Assembly: GCF_009914755.1 (NCBI RefSeq)
Contig: NC_060927.1
DNA: 64,000 nt
DNA from: the human T2T-CHM13v2.0 reference genome, Homo sapiens
Strand: one strand, 5' to 3'
The notes under the pieces were generated by a model. The model was not told where the DNA came from. It saw nothing but the letters and a program-made list of their open reading frames with translations, and did no database searches. Positions 46,114-59,614 of the stretch are shown in pieces; position 1 is the stretch's first letter, and each line of letters opens with the position of its first letter. Both the position numbers and the translations under genes were made by a program.

Positions 46114-47123
46114 AAAAAACGATAAATAGAACTCCCTTATGATCCAGCAGTCCCACTATTGGACTATTGGAAATTTATCCAAAGAGAGAGAAATCATTAT
46201 ATTGAAGAGACATCTATATCCTCATGTTTATTGCAGCACTATCAATAATTGTCAAAATACGGAATCAACCTAAGTCTCCAACAATAGATGAACAGATTAA
46301 AAAAACATGTGTTGTGTACACACCATGGAATACTATTCACTCATAATAAAAGAGCGATATCCTATCATTCAGGGCAATCTGGATGGAACTGGAGGATATT
46401 ATTTGGATGAAAAAAGGTTGAACACTGCAGTTCTCACTCATATATTGAGGCTGAAGAAAGTTGATTTCATAGAAGTAAAAACTAGAAAAAAGGGCACTAG
46501 AGATTAGGAAGGGTAGGGGAAAGAGGGAGATAGGGATAGATTTGTTAAAGAACACAAAATTACAGCTAGATAAGAGGAATGAGTTCTAGTGTTCTATATC
46601 ACTGTAAAATGACTACTGTTAACATTAATATAATTTCAAATAGCTACAAGGAGGATATTGAATGTTCTTAACACAAAGAAATGATAAATGTTTGAGATGA
46701 CAGACCTGCTAATTACTCTGATTTGATCACTATATATTATATGTATTGAAACATCACTATGTACCAAATGACTATGTACAATTATTTGTCAATTTAAAAC
46801 ATAAAATAAAATTAAGAAAAGAAAAATTTTGGTCAATAAAATTATCTCTGTACAGGAAATGCCAACTTGTAAGAGTCAAGAAACAATATGTTTTGATAAA
46901 TAGAATTTCATATGGGGATTTCTCATGTTTGAGGAAATCGAATACAATAAAATACACTTAGAACTTAAGTGGGAAGAAATTAACCTTTTGATGACTAAGA
47001 AAGCTGTTTTGATTTCTGCAGTCCTTCAGGATCCTGAGACATCAGTTCATTACCATTTTATTTATATATGCATATAGAAAGTGTAGGAGGTTAAAGTGAA
47101 TCTGTAATAATCCAGTGACATAA

Positions 47124-47526
<403 letters not shown>

Positions 47527-48712
47527 TATCCTATCTATTGAAATATCTTCCTAGTTGATAGATTTCTGAATAAGCTTGGATCATAAAACAAAGACTACAT
47601 TATTATAGTGTTCCATGCTTCCCATCTTCCACCCTAAAAATATAGAGACTGAGGACATGATACTATGGGGAAAAGATGTGGAAATATTATATCTGAACAG
47701 TGAGCAAAATGAATATTTAGCAAAATTTAGAATGGAAGATAACTTATTAATAAAACCAACATCTTCAGGTGGGTTAATATGAAGCATCAAGTGAAAGGAC
47801 AGCTACTCAGTATAGCACATTGTTTCCAATGTATACTTTAATTTGTTGTTGGAGGATAAGGATGAGCTCATTACAGCAGAACTTTATAGATAGTGACCCT
47901 GTCACCTGGGTTAAGAAACTGTCTATCCTGAGAGTTTTTGCATTTGTCTCTCTTTGGAGTTTCAGGAGCATTGCTGGCCCTAAAATGTATTTTGTACTAG
48001 ACTCATAAATTTCACTGATCAGATAAATGCTGTACATATGAACCCAGGGCTGTGATGGCTAATTTTCATGGGTGATGTTTTCATTTGATCTCTGAAATTT
48101 GTTTTTTCAAATTTTACTTTAGATTTAGAGGGTAGATGTGCAGTTTTGTTACATGGGTATGTAGCTTGATGCTAAGACTTGGGGTATGACTGATCCCATC
48201 ACACAGGTAGTGAGCATATAGTACCCAATATGTACTTAAAACCCTTCCCTTCCTCCCTTCCCCTTCTTGTGTTCCCCAGTGTCTTTTATTCTCATATTTA
48301 TATCCACGTGTACCCAATGTTTAGCACTCTTATAAGTGAGAACATGCTATATTTGGTTTTCTGTTTCTACATTAATTCATTTAGGATAATGGCCTCCAGC
48401 TGCATCCATGTTGCTGCAAAGGACATGATTTCATTCTTTTTATGGCTGCATAATATTCTATAGAGTATATGTATTATATTTTCTTTATCTAATGCACCAT
48501 TGATGAGCATCTAGGTTGATCATATGTCTTTTGTACTGTGAATAGTGTTGCTATGAAAATATAAGTGTCTGTGTCTTTTTGGTAGGATGATTTATTTCCC
48601 TTTGAGTATATACTCAGTAATGGAATTGCTGGGTCGAATGATAGTTCTATTTTTCGTTCTTTGAAAAATCTCCAAACTGCTTTCCACAGTGCCTGAACTA
48701 ATTTACATTCTT

Positions 48713-48883
48713 TTTTTATTATTATTATTATCTTTAAGTTTTAGGGTACATGTGCACAACGTGCAGGTTAGTTACATGTGTATACATGTGTCATGCTGGT
48801 GTGCTGCACCCATTAACTCGTCATTTAGCATTAGGTATATCTCCTAATGCTATCCCTCCCCTCTCCCCCCACCTCACAACCTT
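48713..48883 (-). mobile_element. 170-bp young L1PA (PA3/4-like) 3' end
   Basis: Near-identical to 12077-12240; 16-bp TSD actaatttacattctt 48697-48712 / actaacttacattctt 48884-48899. Confidence 0.95.
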
Positions 48884-49569
48884 ACTAACTTACATTCTTA
48901 CCAGCAGTGTATAAGTATTCCCTTTTCTCCACAACCTCATCAGCACCTGTTATTTTTTGACTTTTTAATAATCACCATTCTGACTGTTGTGAGCTGGTTT
49001 CTCATTGTGGTTTTGATTTGCATTTCTTTGATAATTAGTGATGATGATCATGTTTTTATATGTTTGTCGGCCATTTGTATATCTTCTTTTGAGAAGGGTC
49101 TGTTCATGCATTTTGCCCACTTTTTAATTGGGTTGTTTGTTTTTTGTTTGTTCACTTAAGGTCCTTATAGATTTTTGATATTAGACATTACTTGGATGCA
49201 TAGTTTGTGAATATTTTCTCTCATTCTCTGGGTTGTCTGTTTACTCTGTTCATAGTTTATTTTGCAGCACAGAAGCTCTTTATTCAGGTACCACTTGTCA
49301 ATTTTTGTTTTCATTGCAGTTGTTTCTGAGGACTTAGTCATAAATTATTTGGCAAGGCTGATATCTAGAAGGGTATTTCATATGTTTTCTTCTAGGATGT
49401 TATATGTTGAGATCTTACATTTAAGTCTTTAACCCACTTCTTTTTTCCATATTAATCTTCTCTGCTTATTTCCATAACCATTAATACATTCTCATACTCT
49501 ATATGAATGTGTGTAGATATATAGCCATATAATTATATACTATATTATACATCATATAATATGCATATG

Positions 49570-49710
49570 TCCTTTTTTATTGTCTTTCTTCATTCACCAG
49601 AATTTAAGCTCTATGAAGGCAAGGATATTTTTCTATTGCAATCACTGCTGAACTTCAGCTTCTAGAATTTTGTGGATGATCAATAAACATTTGTTGAATG
49701 AATGAATTCA
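49570..49710 (+). mobile_element. L2 3' terminal fragment, within the putative transduced segment
   Basis: ccagaatttaagctctatgaaggcaagga...caataaacatttgttgaatgaatgaa. Confidence 0.85.
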
Positions 49711-49804
49711 GATGGTATTTTCTTGTACTGGTTATCAAGCTAGATATTTTTTCACTCCTAAGAAAAATAAGCTACCTCTTTAGGGCCTTGCTTATATTTT
49801 AAAG

Positions 49805-51788
49805 TTTTTTTAATTTTAATTTTTTTGAATACATAGTAGGTGTATATATTTATGGGGTATATGAGCTATATTAATACAGGCATGCAATATGTAATAATCA
49901 CATCATGGAGAATGGGGTATCCATCCTCTCCAGCATTTATCCTTTGAGTTGCAAACAATTCAATTACGCTCTTTTAGTTAAGTGTACAATTAAGTTATTG
50001 ACAATAGTCACCCTGTTGTGCTATCAAATAGTAGTTCTTATTCATTCTTTCTATTTTTTGTATCCATTAACCATCCCTACTTAACCACTCCTCCCTACTA
50101 CCCTTCCTAGCCTCTAGCAACCATCCTTTTACTCTTTATGTCCATGAGTTCAATTGTTTTTATTTTTAGATCCCCCAAAAAAGTGAGAACATGTAATGTT
50201 TGTCTTTCTGTGCCCCGCTTATTTCACTTAACATAATGATCTCCAGTTCCATCCATGTTGTTGCAAATGACAGAACTTCACTCTTTTTTTATGAATGAAT
50301 AGTACTCCATCATGCATATGTACCACATTTTCTTTACCCATTAATCTGTTGATGGACACGTGGGTTGCTTCCAAATCTTAGCTATTGCGAAAGTGCTGCA
50401 ACAAACATAGGAGTGCAGATATGTCTTTGATATACAGATTTCCTTCCTTTTGGGTATATACCTAGCAATGGGATTGCTGGATCATATGGTAGCTCTATTT
50501 TTAGTTTTTTGAGGAATCTCCAGACTGTTCTCCATAGTGGTTGTACTAATTAGTGTATAAGGGTTCCCTTTTCTCCACATCCTCACCAGCATGTGTTATT
50601 GCATGTCTTTTGATATAAGTCATTTTAACTAGGGTGAGATGATATTTAACTGTAGTTTTGATTTGTGTTTCTCTAATGATCAATGATGTTGAGCATTTTT
50701 TGATATAACTGTTTGCCACTTGTATATCTTTCTTTAAAGAAATGTCTATTTAAATCTTTTGCCTATTTTAAATCAGCCACCACAGCTGGGAATGTTCTGA
50801 GTCTCATCTTAAGCCAGTAAGACTCAGAGGCTCACCCAATGCCCTTGATGTAGTACCTGGGTATCACTGCTAGTTATTCAGGGACTAAGGGCTCTTCATT
50901 TAACAGGTGATGAATGTTGCCAGAACTGGGTCCTTCCCTTCAAGGTAGTGGCTTCCTTTCTAGCCCAAGGTTTGTCTAGAAATGTCACCCAGGAGCTAGG
51001 GGCTAGAATGGGGGCCTCACTACTCTGATGGGTGCCCTATCCTGGCTGTGGTTGAGCTGGTATCCAAGATGCAAGACAAAATCCTCCCCATTCTTCCATT
51101 TCCTCTTCTCAAGTGAAAGGAAGTGGTCTCTTTTGGAGCTATGACCTGTGCAGCCTGGGGTTAGGGGAGGTGTGATGTCAGCACCCCTTAGCCACCTCAG
51201 CTGGTGTCTCAGTCTGTTGTGTGTTCCCCCAGTCCACTGTCTTTGGGCCCAGTTCAGCACTAGGACCTGCCTAAGAGTTGTAGCTCTTGTGGCCTAGACT
51301 GCCTTTCAAGTTTACTTAGAGATTTGGAGCACTTTAACTCTTGGTGGTGAGGCTTGTGTAAGCTCATTTTCAGACCACTGAGATCGGCAGTTCCCCTCCG
51401 CTAGGGCTGGTCCAAATGCTCCCTCCACGGGTAGGCATCAGCTGAGTTTGGTCCAGTCTTTCTTTCTGGCTCTATCAGGACAGCACAGAGTTCAGCACCT
51501 CATAATTGCTGTGTGCTCCCTCCCCGAGCACACAGAAATGCTTTCCATACCACACCACCACGGCAAGGGGATGGGGGAGGGGTTGCATCACGAATTAAAG
51601 ACTGTTCTTTCTGTCTCTTTAGTGCATCTTTCAGTGATGTAAAGTTAAAATCAGGTACTAGTAGAGCTCACTTGATTTTTTGTTCTCATGAAGGTGCTTT
51701 TTGCATGTTGATGGTTGTTAAATTGGTGTCCTTGTGTGTGGGATGATCAGTGGAGCCTTCTATTCTGCCATTTTTCTCCACTTCCCTC
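49805..51788 (-). mobile_element. L1MA2-like element with its 3' end fused directly to its 5' UTR (large internal deletion near 50776)
   Basis: 3' UTR tacatagtaggtgtatatatttatgggg...aataatcacatcatggagaatgggg; 5' terminus on the minus strand gggaagtggagaaaaatggcagaatagaaggctcc. Confidence 0.85.
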
Positions 51789-53600
51789 TTAACCATCTTG
51801 AGTTAACTGTTGTATACATTGATAGGCAGGGGTCCGGTTTCATTCTTCTGCATATGGATAGACAGTTATCCCAGCACCATTTATTGAATAGGATGTCCTT
51901 TTTCCATTGCTTATTTTTATTGACTTTTTTGAAAGTCAGTTGATTGCAGGTATGCAGCTTTATTTCTGGGTTCTCTATTCTGTTCCATTTGTCTATGTGT
52001 CTGTTTGTATAACAGTACCATGCTGTTTTAGTTACTGTAGTCTTATAGTATTGTTGGAAGTTGGGTAATTTGATGCCTCTGGCTTTTTTCTTTTTGTTCA
52101 GCATACTTTGGCTATTTAGGCTTTTTTTTTCTTTCCATATGAGTTTTAGAATAGTTTTTTCTGATACTGTAAGAAATTACTTGATACTTTGATAGGAATA
52201 GCATTGAATTTGTAAATTTCTTTTGGCAGTATGGCCATTTTAACTATATTGATTCTCCCAATCCATGAGCAAAGAATGTTTTTCCACTTATTTGTATCAC
52301 CTATGTTTTTTTCAGCAGTGTTTTGAAGCTCTCCTTGTAGAGCTATTCCATGTCCTTGAATAGATATATTCCTAGGTATTAATATTTTTGTGGCTATTTT
52401 AATAGGATTGTGTTCTTGATTTGGCTCTCGGCTTTAACATTACTGGTGTATAGAAATGCAACTATTTTTTGTACATTGATTTTTATTCTGAAACTTTGCT
52501 GAAGTCATTTATCAGTTCTAAGAGACTTTTGGCAGAGTCTTCAGGATTTTCCAGGTATAGAATGATATCATCAGCAAAGAGAGATAATTTGACTTCTTCT
52601 TTTCCTATTCAGAGGCCTTTAATTTCTTTCTCTTGCCTAATTGCTCTGGCTAGGGCTTTCAACACTATGTTGAATAGGAGTGATGAGAGTGGGCATCCTC
52701 GTCTTGTTCCACTTCTTATGGGGAATGTTTCCAGCTTTTACCCACTCAGTGTGATGTTGGCGGTGGGTTTGTCATAGATGGCTCTTATTATTTTGAGGTA
52801 TGTTCCTTCAATGCCTAGTTTCCTGAGAGTTTTTATCATGAACAGATGTTAGATTTTATCAAAAGCTTTTTCTGCATCTCTTGAGATGATCATAAGGTTT
52901 TTGTTTTTAATTCTTTTTATGTAGTGAATCACATTTATTTACTTGCATATGTTGAACCAGCCTTGCATCCCAAAAATAAATTCTACTGTGTTGTCATGAA
53001 TTAACTTCTTAATATGCTGCTGGATTTGCTTTGTTTATATATTGTTGAGGATTTTTTCATCTATGTTCATCAGGGATATTGTCCTGTAGTTTCTTTTTTC
53101 ATTGTGTTTTGCCAGATTTTGGTATTAGAGTGATGCTGATTTCATAGAATAAATTAGAGAGGAGTCCCTCCACCTCAAATTTTTAGAATAGTTTCAATAG
53201 GGATGGTACTAATTCTTCTTTGTACATCAGGTACAGATTGGCTGTGAATCCATGTAGTGCAGGGTTTGTTTTTTGTTTGGCAGATTTTTTATTACTGTTT
53301 CCATTTTGGAACTCATTATTTGTCTGTTCAGAATTTCAATTTCTTCTTCATTTAATTTTGGGAGATTGTGTGTTCCCAGGAATTCATCCATTTCCTCAAG
53401 ATTTTCTAGTTTGTTTGCATATAAGTGTTCCTAATTGTCTCTTAGGATCTTTTGTATTTCTGTGTGATTGGTTGTAATGTCACCTTTGTCATTTCTGATT
53501 GTGCTTATTTGAATCTTCTCTCTTCTTTGTTAATCTAGCTAGAAATCTGTTGCCGTAGTTTTTCCTTTCAAAGCAGCAACTTTTCACTTTGTTGATCCTT

Positions 53601-53810
53601 TGTATAGATGTTTTGTTATTTCTTTTCTTCCACTAAATTTGGGGTTAGTTCATTCTTGTTTATCTAGTTCCTCTAGGTGCAGTGTTAGATTCTTAACCTC
53701 AGACCTGTATAAATGTTTTGTTATTTCTTTTCTTCCAGTAACTTTGGGGTTAGTTCATTCTTGTTTATCTAGTTCCTCTAGGTACAGTGTTAGATTCTTA
53801 ACCTCAGATC
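53601..53810. repeat. 105-bp tandem duplication inside L1 ORF2
   Basis: 53601-53705 and 53706-53810 differ at 5 positions. Confidence 0.95.
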
Positions 53811-56378
53811 TTTCTAGCTTCTTGGTGTAGGCATTTAGCAGTAGAAACTTTCCCCTTAACACTGCCTTTGCTGTATCCTAGATATGTTGGTATGTTCTCT
53901 CTCTGTTTTCATTTATTTCAAAGATTTTTTTGATTTCTGCCCTAATTTTGTTGTTACCTAAAAATCATTAAAGGGCAAGTTGTTTAATTTCCATGTAATT
54001 GTGTGGTTTTGAGAGATCCTCTTGGTATTGATTTCTGTTTTTACTGTATTATGGTCCAAGAGTATGGTTGGTATAATTTTGTTTTTTAAAAATTGTTTGA
54101 GACTTGCTTTATGAATGAACATGTGGTTGATCTTACAGTATGTTCCATATGCACATAAGAAAAAAGTATATTATATTATTGTTGGGTGGTGTATTCTGTA
54201 GACAACTATTGGATTTAAGTACAGAATTTTTTTGTTGGTTTTCTGCCTTGATGATCTGTTTAACACTGTCAGTAGGGTGTTGAAGTCCCCCACTATTATT
54301 GTCTGGCTGTCTAAGTCTTTTCATAGGACTAGCATTACTTGTTTTATAAATGAGTGCTCCACAGTTAGGTGCATATATATTTAGAATAGTTAGGTCTTTT
54401 TGTTGAATTAAACTCTTTATTATTATGTAATGACCTTCTTTGTCCTTTTTTACTGAAATTGGTTTAAAGTTTAGTTTTTTTCTGATACAAGAATAGTGAC
54501 TATTTGCATGTTTTCCATTTGCATGCCAGATCTTTCTCCATCCCTTTACTTCAAGCCTATGGGCATTGTTACATGTGAGATGGGTCTTTAGAAGACAATT
54601 TACATTCAAGGTTAATACTGATATGTTAAGTTTGATCCTGTTGTGGTGTTGTTAGCTGGTTCCTTTATAGTCTCCATTGTGTAGTTGCATTACAGGAACT
54701 GTGGACTGTCTACTTATGTGTGTTTTTATGGTAGTAACTGTCATTCTTTCATTTCCATGTTTAGAACTCTCTTAAGGATCCTCTGTAAGGCTCATCTAGT
54801 GATAACAATTCACTTAGTGATTACTTGTCTGGAAAAGATTTTATTACAAATTCATTATGAAGCTTAGTTTGGGGGAATATGGAATTCTTGGCTGGAATTT
54901 ATTTTCTTTAAGAATGACAAAAATAGTCCCCCAACATCTTCTGGATTGTAAAGTGTTGGCTGAGAAGTCTGCTGTTAGCCTGATGGGATTCCCTTTGTAA
55001 GTGATATGACCCCTTTCTCTAGCTATCTCTAAGATTTTTTCTCTTTTGCATTGACCTTCAAAAGTCTGATGACTGTGTGTCTTGGAGATGGTTGTCTTGT
55101 ACAGTATCTTGCATGGGTTCCCTGAATTACTTGAATTTACATGTCAACCTCTCTATCGAGATTGAAGAAATTTTCATGGATTACATTCTTAACTATGTCT
55201 CCGAGTTGCTTAGTCTCTGTCTCTCGCTGTCTCTCTCAGGAATGCTAATATGTCATAGATTTGGTTTCTTTACATAATCCCATATTTTTCAGGGGCTTTA
55301 TTTAATTATTTTTCTTTATTTTATTTAACTTGGTTGGTTTGAAGGACCAGTCTTCAAGCTCTGAAATTCTTTCCTTAGCTGTGTCCAGTCTGCTGCTAAG
55401 GCTTCCAATTGTATTTTGAAATTCTTGTAGTAAATTTTTCAATTTCAGAAGTTCAGTTTAGTTCTTTCTCAAAATGGGTATGTTGTCTTCCAAGGCTTGG
55501 ATCATTTTTCTGGCTTCCTTGGATTGGATTTCCACTTTCTCTAGAATTTCATTGAGGGTCCTTGCCATCCAAGTTCTGATATATCTGTCTATCATTTTAG
55601 ACATTTTAATCTGGTTAGGATGTGTTGTGGGGGTCGAATGTGATCTTTTAGAGGAAAGGAAACACTCTGACTCTGAGTTGCTGGAGTTCTTTTGCTGATT
55701 CCTTGCCATCTGAGCATACAAGTGTTTCTTTTTCTTTTTGAAATTGGTGTCATTTGAATGGGGCTTTTTGTTTTTATATTATTTTTTTCCCTTGAGGGTT
55801 TGACTGTGGCATAGATTGTGTATGGACGATTGGCTTTATTTCTGGTGCTTTCAGAGTACCAAGAGTCTGTGTGAGTTCTTTAGCAAGTTTTCTGTGTTAT
55901 GTGTCACAGGCATTGCATGCTGAAGAAATTGATGTTTGTTTGGTGGTATAATTCAGGCGGCAATTTAGTACACGGTGTTTAAGAGTAAGAGCTGTCAAAT
56001 AGGATCTTACTCAACTGTTTACCTGTTTTGTATCGCAGTACATGTGCAGCAGTGCTCTGGGGAGGGGAGACGGGGTGAGAGATGGCTCCCTCACCAAGTC
56101 TGTTTCTGGGTCTTGATGGAGTCCCCTTCAATTACTGGCATCATGTCTGGATTATCTTAATCTCCTGGGGGTGGGGGTGGCAGGGGTTGGTGGGCTGCAC
56201 TCCACCCTCCCTTAGGGTTGGTCCAAAGGTTAGGTCATCAGGAGACCTTAGGGACCTGTGGGTCCTCTGAACTTGGCAGAGTCAGAGCTTGTTGTGGAAT
56301 ATGTCTGCAGATGGTCTGGTGATGCAGTAAGTCAAGGGCAGAGGATCCTGGGTAAGATGGTGGTACTGTAAGTGGTAC

Positions 56379-57985
56379 CATGGATAGGAAGAATCAATAT
56401 TGTTAAAATGGCCTTACTACCCAAAGTAATTTAAATATTCATTGCTATTCCTATCAAACTGCTTGTGACGTTCTTCACAGAATTAGAAAAACTATTCTAA
56501 AATTAACAGGCAACCAAGAGTCTGAATAGCCAAAGCAATCCTAAGCAAAGAACAAAGCTTGAGGCTTCACATTACCCAACTTCAAACTATACTATAGGGC
56601 TGCGGTAACCAAAACAGCATGGTGGTGCAAACACAGACACATAGACCAATGAAATAGGTTAGAGAACCCAAAAATAAACCTGTACCATCTGATATTTTAC
56701 AAAGCTGACAAAAACAAGCAATTGGGGAAAGGACTCCCTATTAATAAATGGTGCTGGAGTAACTAGCTAGCTATATGCAAGGAAGCTGGACCACTTCCTT
56801 GAACTGTATACAAAAATCACCTTAAGATGAATTAAATATATAAATGCAGAACCTAAAACTATAAGAACTCTTGAAGAAAATCTAGAAAATACCATTCTGG
56901 ACGTAGGCCCTGGCAAAGATTTCATGACAAAGGTGCCAAAAGCAATTGCAATAAAAAAAAATTGACTAATGGGATCCAATTAAACTAAAGAGCTTCTGCA
57001 ATGCAAAAGAAACTATCAACAATGTTAACAGACAACTCAGAGACTGGGAGAAAATATTTGCAAACTATGCATCTGACCAAGGTCTAATATCCAGCATCTA
57101 TAAGGAATTGAAAGAAATTTACAAGAAAAAAACAACCCTATTAAAAAGTGGGCAAAGTACATGAAGAGATGTTTCTCAAAAGAAGACATACATGTGGCCA
57201 ACAAGCATATGAACAAAATTCAACATCACTAATTTTTGGAGAAATGCAAATCAAAGCCACAATGAGATACCATCTCACACCAGTTAGAATGGCTATTATT
57301 AAAAAGCCAAAAACAGCAAGTGCTGGCAAGGTTACAAAGAAAAAGGAATGCTTTTACATTGTTGGTGGGAGTGTAAATTAGTTCAACTATTGTGGAAGAC
57401 AGTGTGGCGATTCATCAAAGAGCTAAAAACAGAAGTACCAGTTGACCCAGCAATCCCATTACTGAATATATACTCAAAGAACTATAAATTGTTCTGCTGT
57501 AAAGACACATGCATGTGTATGTTCATTGTAGCACTATTTACAATAGCAAAGACATGGAATTAACCCAGATGCCCATCAGCAGTGGGCTGGATAATGAAAA
57601 TGTGGTACATATACACTGTAGAATACTATGCAGCCATAAACAAGAACAAGATCATCTTTACAGCAACATAGATAGAGCTGGAGGCCATGATCCTAAGTGA
57701 ACTAATGCGGGAAAGGAAAACTAAATATCAAATGTTCTCACTTATAAATGAAAGCTAAACAATGAGTACACATGGACAAAGAAGGGAACAATAGACAGAG
57801 AACCTACTGGAGGGGCCTACTTGAGGGTGGAAGGTGGGAGGAGGATTAGGATAAAAAAATTACCTATTGAGTGCTGCGCTTATTACTTGGGTGATGAAAT
57901 AATCTGTACACCAAACTCCCATGACACACAATTTACCTATTAAAAAAACCTGTATATGTATCCCTGAAAATAAAAGTTAAAAAAA
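56379..57985 (+). mobile_element. 5'-truncated L1PA15-like element
   Basis: ORF2 3' part from catggataggaagaatcaatattg; 3' UTR gaaataatctgtacaccaaac; possible TSD agtggtac 56371-56378 / agtagtac 57990-57997. Confidence 0.88.
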
Positions 57986-59614
57986 CACGAGTAGTACATT
58001 TTATCCAATGCTTTTATCTTTTCTATATTTCCAGAAATCGATGTTGTTGCTTTGCATTTTTAAAGTAAATGCTGTAGTGTTTCATATTTGAGCCCTATCT
58101 TCTCATTTGTCATGTTAGATTCTCAAATATTAAAAAAATTCTGAATATTACTAAGACGAATTGTTCCTTGTGATTGTCTTATGTTTACAAACCCATTTAT
58201 ATTTAACTTGCTGCAATCTGTGCATTTGGGGATGCTAATGTGCTCAATAAATATATTCTGTGGGCACATATCATTGTAGTCTTTTTTGCTTGACCATTTG
58301 CTTTTTGAAGCTTCTAGACATCACAGGCATGATAATAGCATTACTATATGAACATTGGTAAATTTGATGGGTAAAAATTTTCAAGATATCTCAAAAGCAT
58401 CTCCAAATCTATGGAAAAGTAAGGAAAGTCATATGAAGTCATTTTTCCTCATTGTCTAGAGTCTTTATTAGGCCTCAGAGAAGTCTGAAGTATGTCAGGT
58501 TACTGGTCTTTTAATGAAATGATACCTCTTTTGAGAGATTATGTCTGGCTTTGTGGGACTGGTAGTCCTTTATGCCTGTTCCCTAAGTGTCAGCTGCTGT
58601 TTGTTGCCCCTGGGGGTGTGACTTCCTCTAGAAATCCCCTCTTTTTAATTTGCTATTTCTAACCACCTGTGGATTGATTAGAACCAGATAATCACAATTA
58701 GAATTAGTGTTCAAAATCTGAAAACATGTTTGAGTGAAGAACGATGGGGCAATTCAATGAGGAACTTAATGAAGATTAGTGTATGTGCCTTCTAAATCCA
58801 TTGTAATTGCTCTGAAGAACATTTAAAAAAATACTTGGGGTTTTTTTTTCAGATGCTTAAGCTAGATAGAATCATGTGACCTCCATATAAGTGAAGTATT
58901 ACCTTCTCTGATGGAAAGAAAATGGGTTGATTGACCAGCAAGAATGTGGCCAGTTGGGAATCCCATTTCTCATTGTAAATTAATAAGCTATTATTTTGCA
59001 TTGCAATTTTCTTTTTCCTGACACTGGTAAGAATGAGTCAATTTACCAGGTGTATCAAAGGTGAGTAAAAATGAAAGATGAATATCAGGGTGAATCTGCA
59101 AAACTGAGGTCAAAATCCTGAATTACAAGCCTATATAATCAGGCTGAAATTACCTCTTGTCTTTTTTATTACATTACTATATATGACATTTGTTTTAGAT
59201 TAAAAAACAATATGAGAAGGGGAGAAAAAAGAAACCTCAAAACAATCAAAGTGGGTACTTTTGCTGAATACGTATGCAGAACCTGCATCAATCACTCAAA
59301 GATGGACAATATAATCTTGGCATCATTCATCCTGTTTTATTATTTGACAGGTAGTTTTAAAATTTTCCTTAGATTTTATAATAGTTTTGCTGAGGCAGGT
59401 ATGCAAAGACTGCAAGCCTGGATACTAAAAATATAAACTAAGACTTGAATGTTTGCAGCATTAGGATGTTTACAATCCCTGAAGTTCTTTCATCAACACC
59501 TATTTATTATTATCTTTGAGGCCCAAGTTTCACATTTTAGTTTAAATCCAGCTAAGTTCCATGCTTTGAGTTCAGTTCAGGTTTAACTAATTTTAAAAAA
59601 GCGAATGTTTAATG

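Larger units (their letters stand above)
48100..56370 (-). mobile_element. Long L1PA16-like element split by insertions at 48713-48883 and ~49441-51788
   Basis: 3' UTR at 48.1-48.4 kb; ORF2 runs to ttaagtctttaacccactt (~49439) and resumes at ttaaccatcttgagttaa (51789); EN remnant 54133-54609; ORF1 start region 55458-55721; 5' UTR-like sequence to ~56370. Confidence 0.85.

Noticed and set aside
55700-57985. Twin-priming inversion joining the minus and plus L1 segments near 56375
   Set aside because: Each has its own distinct 3' UTR and they cover overlapping ORF2 regions, so they are independent insertions.
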